Source of the DNA: Octopus sinensis
Taxonomy: Eukaryota
Length of the DNA stretch: 42,205 nucleotides
Assembly (NCBI RefSeq): GCF_006345805.1
Contig: NW_021835182.1
Location: forward strand, 1-42,205
Direction of reading: 5' to 3'
The number at the start of each line of letters is the position of its first letter. Position 1 is the first letter of the stretch. Shown here one piece after another: positions 1-10,464 of this stretch. Under the pieces are notes generated by a model. The model had not been told where the DNA came from, did not search any database, and worked only from the letters and a program-made list of their open reading frames with translations. The position numbers and the translations under genes are program-made.

Positions 1-48
1 CTTGTTTGTCCCCTCTGTGTTTAGCCCCTTGTGGGTAGTAAAGAAATA
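1..48 (+). mobile_element. 3' tail of the Nin/Deu-like-core tRNA-derived SINE, cut by the window edge
   Basis: CTTGTTTGTCCCCTCTGTGTTTAGCCCCTTGTGGGTAGTAAAGAAATA matches the tails at about 7429-7476 and, reversed, at 8296, 9446 and 36145. Confidence 0.85.
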
Positions 49-1481
49 TAATATTATGTGTATATTGCACATGTAAGGATGTATACACGTGTTTATATCT
101 CTATGTTGTATATATGCATGTGTGTATGCGTATGAATATATATGCGTACAGTGTGGTGTACTTAATACATAATGTGTAATGTGTGTACATAATATACATA
201 TGTACATTTGTGTGAATGTTTATGTAAATAGGTATGTGTATATATCAAAAATCTAACAAAAATGCAACAAAGGGAAATATTACGAAAGCATAAATAGTAA
301 ATTTGCAGCTTAGTCCTCATGAGTCAACGTTGAAAAGATCATTACAATTTTGCGCCTTTAATGTTGATATTGTTCCCTGTTGGCGGTGCCAGTGGCAAAA
401 AAGACACTGGTGATAACCAACAAATGTGCAGGACAATGACGAAAAGAAACACGACAAATAAAAACATAACTATACAACAAAAGCAGCCGCGCGGCAGCAA
501 GACATTGACGGAGTAACGCCAAAGGAAATGAAAATGTCGTGTAGGAATGGAGACTAGAGAAGGATAGACAGAAAGTTAGAGGGGAGGAAAAAAGTAAAGT
601 ATTAGGGAGGGAAAGAGAAAGAGAAAAAGAGAGTGAGAGAAGGCAAAAGAGAGACACAGGAAGAGAAAGCGACAGAAATAGAATTATTTTGGTGTTTATT
701 TTCTATTTGAATTTCTGACGGAACCAGGACATTTTTAACTAAGTGCCCTTTTATGTAAGATACTATCTCAAGAAGACGTAGGTTTTCGATGCGTTATTCT
801 GAGTTTCACATTCCCCAAATATACAAACTACCGAAGAAAGAAAGGGTCTTGAGAATATATTGCAAAAATATTCGAAAACACAATGAAATAATGAACAGTC
901 AACAATGCTTCAAGATTTGATAGTTACTACAAATGTGTCCTACATTCATTTATTTATTGCTGTGTGCAGAAGATATCCTTTCGTTGACGCTAGTTCATAT
1001 CCCTCACCGCACTTTCACTTCCAATGCTAGCGAAAGATAATTGTTGTTGCTATTTTTTGCTTCCGTTTTTGCTAAAGTTGCATTTCTTCCAGATTTTAGA
1101 TTTTCAAATTAGCACTCTGTATTTTTAAAACCATGCTTGTTTGATTGTCGTATGTTTTTGAAGTCTGTCTTAATATTTGCAAAAGTTCGGGCTGCGTAGT
1201 TTAAATATTGAGACTACCAGCAACACTATTGCTAGCATCTCTTGCCGCTGCAACCACAAATGAACACAACAAACGACGACCGCTCCGTAATATAAACACA
1301 GCAACAAGGTTTAGAGGATATTTTTGTCACTCCAGGAAATGAGTCGGATGTTTAAATGTCTCGAAATCATTTTACTGTTGGTAAAAGAAACTAAGAAAAT
1401 AAAATACAGATTTCAATCAGTGATTCTCAAAAAAAAAAACAAAAATAAAAAACAAACACCTTCTCAGCAAACATCTGTGTT

Positions 1482-1688
1482 GGCGGCAAGCATTCAGCTG
1501 AGCAAATAAACTTTGCGACATTTTTTCGCACCTTTGTGTTCTGAGTTCAAATCCTGCGTGGGGTAGTCTTTGCATTTTATATCAACGACGTCGATAAAAT
1601 AAACTATCAGTCACGCACTGTGGGGCGCTGATATCGATTAGCCTGTTCTTTCCAAAATAACTGGCCATGTGCTTAAATTAGATACATT
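1482..1688 (+). mobile_element. Degenerate Nin/Deu-like-core SINE
   Basis: B-box-like GTTCTGAGTTCAAATCC followed by a decayed CTTTGCATTTTATATC..GTCGATAAAATAA core and a TGTGCTTAAATTAGA tail. Confidence 0.6.
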
Positions 1689-1713
1689 TAACAATAGCAA
1701 TAAGAATAATAAC

Positions 1714-1810
1714 ACTTTCTATTATAGGCACAAGATCTGAAAATTTGAGGGAGGGACCTAGTCGGTTATATCGACCCCAGTGCTTAACTGGTACTTATTT
1801 CATCGACCTC
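1714..1810 (-). mobile_element. 3' fragment of Nin/Deu-like-core SINE
   Basis: ATCGACCCCAGTGCTTAACTGGTACTTATTTCATCGACC is shared with other copies; flanked by (TAA)n and (GAT)n. Confidence 0.7.
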
Positions 1811-2336
1811 TACGGAAAATGATGATGATGATGATGATTTTTTCATTAGCCACAGCGGCAAAGAGAGTCGACAATTTGTGTGAGTGTTTACATAAAAGAT
1901 GAGGAGAAAGAGATGGAAAAGCAATAGTGTTGCTGGTAGTCTCAATATTTAAACTACACAGCCCAAACTTTTGCAAATATTAAGACAGACTTCAAAAACA
2001 TACGACAATCAAAGAAACATGGTTTTAAAAATACAGAGTGCTAATTTGAAAATCTAAAATCTGGAAGAAAACAACAATTATCTATATATATATATGGTAC
2101 TGCCCCAGCATGACCGCAACTTTAAAGCTGAAACAATTTAAATTTTAAAAATATTTATATCTAATATGCGCGTGCGCGCACACACACGGACCCCTAACTT
2201 CTACTCCCTCTACCCCACTCGATGTTCCCCGTTTTTTTGACAGACTTCTCTGCAGTATGACACTTCCGCTAAAACAGATCATCAAAAGTTCACATATACA
2301 TTTCGGCTATATGCTTCAATATATACATGTATGTGT

Positions 2337-2382
<46 letters not shown>

Positions 2383-2546
2383 TGTGCGAGGAAATAGAAT
2401 CATTATATAACACACACATAGATGACACACAATACACGTACACTCACATACGCACATATATACGCACTTGAAATTCCGTGCAAGGATGTTGACACCTATG
2501 TGTGTATGTGTTTCGCCCTCTTTTATTTATATTTATGTAGATGTAG

Positions 2547-2581
<35 letters not shown>

Positions 2582-2940
2582 ATGGGCTAGTGGGTGTCAT
2601 GGTGCACCCTGCTTGTGATTTACTTCTTTGGGTATTTTCATGTAGCCCTGGGTCTAACAAGTCAGAGAGCTGATGTTGCCAGCACAAAAATCTGGGACGG
2701 AAGATAACCCCATGGAATTTTTAACCATACCCACTTTTTCCGCTTGAGGCAGAAAATTAAGGGTATGGAAAATTTAAACAGCTCTAACTTTGCAACTCTT
2801 GACCAAAATATTTCAAATGACTACTTATAATGTTTGCCTGGTCAAGATCTACAGGTTCATGCAAATGATAAGCAAATTGCTTCTGTAAAAAGGTCAATAG
2901 AGGTCAAAAGGTCGCAAACTTTGAACTTTACCTATAATCT

Positions 2941-2971
<31 letters not shown>

Positions 2972-3078
2972 ATTATATATATATATATATATATATACGA
3001 TATTATATATATATATATATATATTATATTTAAATATTTGTGTGCAAGATTTTTTATGTGAAGTCGTGTGTTGAAACG

Positions 3079-3320
3079 GATATTGTTATATTTCGGAATG
3101 GTCATATTGCCATTTTAGCCAATAAAACACACGCACTATATATTTGGTGTTATTTTGCTTCAGTGTTATTTATTTTTTACATTAATCTTAATCTGGCCGA
3201 AATAAGATTAAGATTAATGTAAAAAATAATTAACCACTGTGAGCAAATAACACCAAATATATAGTGCGTGTGTTTTATTGGCTAAACTGGCAATATGACC
3301 ATTCCGAATATAACAATATC
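3079..3320. repeat. Near-perfect palindrome / fold-back element (about 116-bp arms, 10-nt loop)
   Basis: 3079-3194 is the reverse complement of 3205-3320 with a few mismatches and indels. Loop GGCCGAAATA. (TA)n tracts on both sides. Confidence 0.92.
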
Positions 3321-3321
3321 A

Positions 3322-3360
<39 letters not shown>

Positions 3361-3403
3361 CTTACATACAGACTCATCCATATCCTTTTCTTTATCTTTG
3401 CAG

Positions 3404-3547
3404 GTCCATTAGCCACTGTGCTATTGTAACCGGTTCTCCTTCGGATAGTCGCCATATTAGGAGGTATTATTCTGGCAATCGGTTTCCTCATTACCTCTAA
3501 TGTCAACAAGATAGAATATCTTTACGTGAGTTTCGGACTTATAGGAG
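3404..3547 (+). CDS. SLC16/MCT monocarboxylate transporter, internal exon (TM3-TM4 region), with an in-frame TAA in this assembly
   Basis: Acceptor tctttgcag|GT, donor GGAG|gtaagt, 144 nt, phase 1/1. Reads (G)PLATVL..RIVAILGGIILAIGFLITSNVNKIEYLYVSFGLIG(G), a typical MCT segment. Phase matches the exon at 23067. TAA at 3427-3429. Confidence 0.88.
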
Positions 3548-3605
3548 GTAAGTAGTTTGTTGATTAACTTAGAAACACTCGCTTGCAACACGCGCCACAA
3601 AAACA

Positions 3606-3651
<46 letters not shown>

Positions 3652-3655
<4 letters not shown>

Positions 3656-3790
3656 AGAGTTCACGAAAAAAACAAAAGCCGAAGACAGGTGGTGTACAAA
3701 ACAAACAGATGTATTAGTATAACGCTCAGGAATAGAAAAAGTCGTTTACGTTTCCAGCCTACGCTCTTCTACAGAAAGGAACACAGAAAA
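3652..3790 (-). mobile_element. Short interspersed repeat abutting (TA)n, possibly a Penelope-like terminal repeat fragment
   Basis: Non-microsatellite block set between (TA)n and poly(A)/(CA)n. The minus strand carries a degenerate hammerhead-like motif, CTGTAGAAGAGCGTAGGCTGGAAACGTA. Confidence 0.4.
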
Positions 3791-4149
3791 AAAAAAAACA
3801 CGCACAGACAGACACACACACATATATATATATATAAGGAAATTGATGCTGAGAAATTGGTGCCGATAAGGTTACAATTAGGTTATCTGTTATGTTCACA
3901 AAATATCCTATGATTATGATTGTATTCATTAGTTGTCTGTGGTGGATAGGCTGTGCACCCAGTAGACGTTTCTACTGAAGCACATTACAACCTCATAGCC
4001 TAACTAAAGATCAACTTCTAGAATTTGTTGTCTTATGTCAATGTCAGAAATCAATGTAATTCTCATTGACAGCTCCGTTACAAATACGAAACATTCAAAG
4101 GTTTGTCAGGTAATCTTTGGAGAAATATTTGATTATCTTTCATATTTTA

Positions 4150-4535
4150 TCTTTTACTTGTTTCAGTCATTAGACTGCAGCCATTCTGGGGCACCGCATT
4201 GAAAAATTTTTTGTCGAATGAATCGATTTCATTACTTTTCCATTTTATAGCCGAACCGCTAATTTACGCGGACGTAAACACACGAAGTGAGAGGAAGTGA
4301 GGGACAAAAACAGACACGAAGACACATACATTGATATATATATATATATTATATATATATATACACACACATGACGTGCTTCTTTTAGTTTCCGTCTACC
4401 AAATCCACTCAAAAGGCTTTGGTCGGCCCGAAACTATAGTAAAAAAACGCTTGCCCAAGATGCCCCGCACTGGGACTCAACCCAGAACAATGTGGTTTGG
4501 AAGCTAGCTTCTTACCACACCGCCACGCCTGCGCC
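4150..4535 (-). mobile_element. tRNA-derived SINE (family 2, internal (TA)/(TG) tract)
   Basis: Minus strand head GGCGCAGGCGTGGCGGTGTGGTAAGAAGCTAGC..GGGTTGAGTCCC, body CTTGGGCAAG..GGTAGACGGAAAC, tail ATGACTGAAACAAGTAAAAGA. Same family as 26376 and 30640. Confidence 0.85.
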
Positions 4536-5292
4536 TGACTTTTAATATCAGAATTGAACACACAACTGGCATAATAGATTTAACTTTAAAAGAAGTCCTT
4601 ATATTTTCAATCTGTTTGATAAATTCAATTTAGAATAATTTACGAAGCTAAAAAAAAAAAAGGATAGGATGAAAGGCAAAGTTGACCTCGGCGAAATCGG
4701 AAATCATAAAATAGGCAGCCGGAAGAAATGTCACTAAGCATTTTGTCCGACGTGTTACCGATTTGTGTGCAATATGGTAATGTGGAGGGAGTTCGATTTT
4801 GGTATAGATTGGCTATTACAAATTGGAATATTATGCAAATTTGATGCAAACATATGCAAACGCAGATGAAAAACTGTCTGTATTGAATCAATGGCGCCCA
4901 CGTCGACTGTGGAGAGGGAGAGAATAAAATTTGAATGTTTCGGGACGATTCTTGTAATCAAAGCCTTTTATGGTATTCATTTTTATGCCCTTTTATTTTA
5001 TTTAATTACATATTTATGAATTTTTACGATTGTCTTCTTAGATGCCTCCATTCCCTTGATACTTCTTATCGCTGCCGTTTGGTGGCGCTGCTGTTGGTGA
5101 TAATGTTTTGTTTTGCTTTAATGTTTGGTTTTTTGTTTTCTGTTTAATGTTTCGACTTTCCTAAAAAAAGGTTGGTTTCCCTCCTGGGACCCAACTTCTA
5201 TTTTTATTGACAGTCTGTATTGGGGATGAAATTTAAGTATATATTGGTAACTATATCTTCAAACATCTGCCATTATGTCTATATATGCATAT

Positions 5293-5377
<85 letters not shown>

Positions 5378-5872
5378 GCACACACATACGTATGTATGTA
5401 TGTATAGAATTAGTATATTTTTTATTGTTCTTTAGTTGGCAGAACATTACAAAGGTGACTCAGGGCCAAGTGTTCAGACATATTTGAGAAGCGTCATGCA
5501 CGAAACTTTCACCCCTTAAAGTTTCATCAGAAACATTTAAGCATACACTCAGGGAGGCAATTACCAATGGGAAAACAAATGTATGGAGGGTGGAAATCCA
5601 CGGGCTCCCACTACAAATAAAATTGTACGCATTTTCTTTTCACATTAGTATTCGCCATCCTGTATGTAATGCATACATGTTTTTGTTTTCTCAAATAAAC
5701 TGCACTTCACGTTTGAGGATCTAATGGAACTGTAAGGTATTAGTTAGGCATTCAACCATGAGTCCAACACATAGTGGAAAGAGCAGTAAGCTAATTAAGT
5801 TCAAAAGATAATCCGTTATTCCTTTGGCATTTCTTTTCTTATTCTCACCCTGTACCCGTCTAACACCAAAGT

Positions 5873-6253
5873 GGAGGCGCAATGGCCCAGTGGTTAGGGC
5901 GGCGGACTCGTAGTCGTAGGATCGCGGTTTCGATTCCCAGACCGGGCGTTGTGAGTGTTTATTGAGCGAAAACACCTAAAAGCTCCACGAGGCTCCAGCA
6001 GGGGGTGGTGATCCCTGCTGTACTCTTTCACCATAACTTTCTCCCACTCTTACTTCCTGTTTCTGTTGTACCTGTATTTCAAGGGGCCGGCCTTGTCACT
6101 CTCTGTGTCACGCTGAATATCCCCGAGAACTACGTTAAGGGTGCACGTGTCTGTGGAGTGCTCAGCCACTTACACGTTAATTTCACGAGCAGGCTGTTCC
6201 GTTGATTCGGATCAACCGGAACCCTCATCGTCGTAACCGACGGAGTGCTTCCA
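5873..6253 (+). mobile_element. tRNA-derived SINE (family 3), apparently full length
   Basis: A-box TGGCCCAGTGG and B-box GGTTTCGATTCC in a tRNA-like head, followed by about 300 nt of body. Its tail motif GTGTCTGTGGAGTGCTCAGCCACTT recurs at about 14690 and 31377. Confidence 0.85.
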
Positions 6254-6270
6254 GTCTACACCAAAAGATT

Positions 6271-6594
6271 CCCTTTCGGTCATAAATGACTATAGGATTC
6301 CACCTAGAAATTCCCCCCCCCCCCCGAGGCCAAGTCCAGGCAAGGTTGTTTATAGAAGACCAGCAGTCGCCGGTGCATACCAGCTTCCCCTTTCCATGCC
6401 TCCGATGTTTTCCAAGAGAAAGGCAAAGGCCAAGACATCTTGGCACCAGTGACGTTGCAACTCATTTCTACAGCTGAGTGAAATGCAACAACGTGAAGTG
6501 CCTTGCTCAGGAGCACAACAGACAGTCCGGTCCAGGAATCGAACTCACCACCTAATGATTGTGAGACCAATGCTCTAACCACAGTGCATGCGCC
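6271..6594 (-). mobile_element. tRNA-derived SINE (family 4), tail-to-tail with the previous copy
   Basis: Minus strand TGTGGTTAGAGC (A-box-like), GAGTTCGATTCC (B-box) and CCTGAGCAAGGCACTT core motif. Confidence 0.8.
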
Positions 6595-7118
6595 TTCTCT
6601 CTGTCTCTCTCTCTTTCACATACACACACATATGCATATTCGCAGACATGTGTAATGTGGTGTATATGATGCATTATACAGATCCGAACAACCCGAACAC
6701 ACATCTGCTTTACTTTTACTGCAGTCATCCTTCAACCATCATCACCATCAGCACTAGCACCAGCACCAGCAATCCCTTACACCATCGACAGTAATTCTTT
6801 AACTACCACCACCACCACCGCCACTACAACCACCATCTCCGCTTGACGTGCGTCATTTAACACCGTTTAGCACCATGCAAAACCATTTTAAATGTGGGAC
6901 AACTTCCAATAAAATACGAGCAGATGGTTAATTTGCTTTTAAAAGCCTTCTTCCCCACCCCGGCAGCATCCTCTCGCCACCATCTGCTCACTTTTTTTTT
7001 TATTGATCAGAGCTGAATTATTAAAGATTATAACACTTCTCAATGGTAAAAATGATTTTTACATTATTAAATCGGCCAAATGAGCTTTTAGGTGAGGTGT
7101 TGGTATTATTGTCACTTC

Positions 7119-7153
7119 AAATTATCATTATTATTATTTTCATTATTATTGTT

Positions 7154-7239
<86 letters not shown>
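7119..7239. repeat. (TTA)n microsatellite
   Basis: Direct reading; explains the poly-Ile ORF at 7043..7270. Confidence 0.95.
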
Positions 7240-7248
7240 CCTATTGCT

Positions 7249-7642
7249 GGTGAGCTGGCAGAAACGTTAGCACGCCGGACGAAATGCTTAGCGGCATTTC
7301 GTCTGCCGTTACGTTCTGGGTTCAAATTCCGCCGAGGTCGACTTTGCCTTTCATCCTTTCAGGGTCGATAAATTAGGTACCATTTACGCACTGGGGTCGA
7401 TATAATCGACTTAATCCGTTTGTCTGTCCTTGTTTGTCCTCTCTGTGTTTAGCCCCTTGTAGGTAGTAAAGAAATACGTATTTCGTTTGCCGCTATGTTC
7501 TGAGTTCAAATTCCGCCGAGGTCGACTTTGCCTTTCATCCTTTCGGGGTCGATTAAATAAGTACCAGTTACGCACTGGGGTTGATGTAATCTATTTATCC
7601 TCTCCTCCAAAACTGCTGCCCTTGTGGCAAAATTTGAAACCA
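7249..7642 (+). mobile_element. Nin/Deu-like-core SINE, dimeric (head plus two bodies, 184-nt period)
   Basis: Head GGTGAGCTGGCAGAAACGTTAGC, B-box GGTTCAAATTCC. Core CTTTGCCTTTCATCCTTTC.GGGTCGAT occurs twice, with units starting at 7294 and 7478. Confidence 0.9.
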
Positions 7643-7665
7643 TGATTACCATTCTCATGATTGAA

Positions 7666-7872
7666 GGCGTCGAGCTCGCAGAATCATTAGTGTGTCGGCT
7701 TAGCGGCATTAATCTTCTGGCTACTTGCGTTCCGAGTTCAAATACCGTCAATATTTTTTTTTCATCCTTTTGGGGTCGATAAGATAAAGAACCATTTAAG
7801 TAATAAGGTTGCTGCAATCGAATAAGCCCACCCCGCTAAAAACTGATGGCCTTGTGCCAAAATTTGAAACCA
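7666..7872 (+). mobile_element. Degenerate monomeric Nin/Deu-like-core SINE
   Basis: GGCGTCGAGCTCGCAGAATCATTAG head, TTTCATCCTTTTGGGGTCGATAAG core, CCTTGTGCCAAAATTTGAAACC tail. Confidence 0.75.
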
Positions 7873-8295
7873 TTCTTAATTAGGCAAGAAATCGACATGT
7901 AATCAAAGAAATCATTATTATAACGGGAATAATTATTTAACCATTTAACTAAATACTAAATAAATAGTTAGCTAAATATATAATTTAAGAAACAGTTAAT
8001 TGAATAAAGACTTTCTTAGAAAATCTAAACTATATCCTGTGTAGAGTTTATTTCCATTGGCATAATTTACAAAACTGTTTGAAATATAATATGAACGAAA
8101 GTTATGAGTAAGGTTATTAGTAACACTGTATGCGTGTATGTGTTGCTTGTGCATAGCGTTTGGTGGTGGGAGAGATCTGAATGACTATGGAGGAAGTGAG
8201 ATTGTCGTCATCGCCGAGGTGAATGTCGTCGGCAGCGCTGTCGTTTAATCTTTTATCATCTTTGACACATTAAAGTGTTTCTTAGACTTGATACT

Positions 8296-8646
8296 TATTT
8301 CTTTACTACCCACAAGGGGCTAAACACAGAGAGGACAAACAAGGACAGACACACGGATCAATTCGATTACATCGACCCCAGTGCGTAACTGGTACTTATT
8401 TAATCGACCCCGAAAGGATGAAAGGCAAAGTCGACCTCGGCGGAATTTGAACTCAGAACGTAGCGGCAGACGAAATACCTAGTTCTTTACTACCCACAAG
8501 GTGCTAAACACAGAGGGGACAAACAAGGACAGACAAATGGATTAAGTCGATTACATCGACCCCAGTGCGTAACTGGTACTTAATTTATCGACCCCGAAAA
8601 GATGAAAGGCAAAGTCGACCTCGGCGGAATTTGAACCCAGAACGTA
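8296..8646 (-). mobile_element. Nin/Deu-like-core SINE, headless tandem dimer (184-nt period)
   Basis: Units start at 8296 and 8480 on the + strand; same body and tail as 7294-7477. Confidence 0.9.
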
Positions 8647-8670
8647 GAGAGAGAGATATATATACATATA

Positions 8671-8862
8671 CAGGATGCGGCAAAAGACCCTCCTGCATTT
8701 TAGCGTTAACAAATGTTTCAACAGCAAACGCCCAGTGTGCACCAGTCCAATGCATGATAATAAATAAAGCAAACGGAAGTAAAAGATTAGCAAGGTGAAG
8801 ACACCATTACAATCTGTCTAACATCACTAGTGCCAAATGGGAGGGTTTTCTGCAGAACCCTG
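8671..8862. mobile_element. Tc1/mariner-type MITE
   Basis: TA|CAGGATGCGGCAAAAGACCCTCC ... GGAGGGTTTTCTGCAGAACCCTG|TA: imperfect TIRs of about 23 bp with TA on both flanks. Confidence 0.75.
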
Positions 8863-8885
8863 TATATACATACACACACACACTC

Positions 8886-8922
<37 letters not shown>

Positions 8923-8954
8923 ATATATATATGTTGTATATTTATATAGTTATA

Positions 8955-9000
<46 letters not shown>

Positions 9001-9005
9001 CTATC

Positions 9006-9039
<34 letters not shown>

Positions 9040-9259
9040 GAGGGTGCGGCTGACGTAGCGCCCTTTTGTATTTGAGTTTTCTAATTTCTAATTGAGTTTC
9101 CTTTTCATTTCCTAAAACTTCTGTGATTTTTTTCATTAGTTTATTATTCGTTTCTTTAAGTAATGCAATAAATTTGTGTTCAATAAAAAATTACTTAATA
9201 AACATATATATACCATAAAAGTTGTTAAATGCGAAAGACGTCACTTCTGTCGCATCCTG
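9040..9259. mobile_element. Older Tc1/mariner-type MITE
   Basis: Left end GAGGGTGCGGCTGACGTAGCGCCCTTTTGTATTTGA versus reverse-complemented right end CAGGATGCGACAGAAGTGACGTCTTTCGCATTTAA. Confidence 0.6.
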
Positions 9260-9350
9260 TTTGATTTATGTTAACATATAAAAAGGAAATACGTGTATTT
9301 ATGTATATAGATGTATGTATATATGTATTATACACATATATGTTTGCACG

Positions 9351-9381
<31 letters not shown>

Positions 9382-9445
9382 CACACACACACCACACACA
9401 CACACACACACGCACACACACACACATGTACACATATTCTATAAC

Positions 9446-9610
9446 TATTTCTTTATTGCCCACAAGGGGCTAAACATAGAGGGGACAAACAAGTACAGAC
9501 AAACGAATTAAGTCGATTACATCGACCCCAGTGCGTAACTGGTACTTAATTTATCGACCCCGAAAGGATGAAATGTAAAGTCGACCCCGGCGGAATTTGA
9601 ACACAGAACG
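9446..9610 (-). mobile_element. Nin/Deu-like-core SINE, single headless unit
   Basis: Same body and tail as 8480-8646. Confidence 0.85.
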
Positions 9611-10178
9611 CAGCACATATATATTCTATAACATTCACATCGCCAATTAACCAGTCCATTCCATTCCGTACACGACCAGTATATTTTAATTCTTGTTCTT
9701 CACAAAGTACAAAAAACACCACTTAGGCTAGTGTAAATATATTTATTCCCATTATTGAGATATCATTCAACGATATTTAACCTAATTTACCATATTTTAA
9801 AACTGTTACTTTAAGTTCTGGTGTTGTATGTTGGAGATAAAGCTAGAGGGAGGGGGAGCTTTATATTTACGAATCTTGTTTCATGAATAAGAAAACCGTC
9901 TGAAAGACAAATATAGTAAAACAAAAACAGTGTGAACGTCTACACACACACACACACACACACACACAACATATATATACACACACACACACACAACATA
10001 TACACACACCGCACACACAATACACGTATGTATTACATAACGTACATATATTTTATATAAAATATACATAATAAAGGCACTTTATGTAATATATATATGT
10101 GTGTGTTTGTGTGTATTTATATATTACATGCATATATGTATGTAGGTATACAAACACACGCACGCGTTTGTATTGGGT

Positions 10179-10209
<31 letters not shown>

Positions 10210-10424
10210 GCAGATTTTGACAATAATTTTGTTGATTTAACCCTCCTCTCCCGTTTATAAAATTAGTTTTTCATTTGGTTTCTCATTTTTTTTTAAGGTG
10301 TTTTCTTTTTCATTTTCCAATTTTATTTTGCTGCATTTTATTTTCTGACACTTTATAGTTTCTACCTCGATAGTTACAAAAATAATACGAAACAGAACAG
10401 ACTAAAAAAAAAACACACACAAAC

Positions 10425-10464
<40 letters not shown>

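Larger units (their letters stand above)
1035..2083. repeat. Long inverted repeat, arms about 1035-1233 and 1920-2083
   Basis: 1083-1233 is the reverse complement of 1920-2070 with 4 mismatches by eye. 2071-2083 pairs with 1035-1047 after a gap of about 35 nt. Confidence 0.9.

Noticed and set aside
5873-5947. tRNA gene
   Set aside because: A and B boxes are present, but the head runs into a long SINE body with no convincing acceptor stem or poly-T terminator.
7294-8646. Regularly spaced repeats as a CRISPR array
   Set aside because: Units are 184-nt SINE bodies with no unique spacers, there are no cas genes, and the context is eukaryotic.
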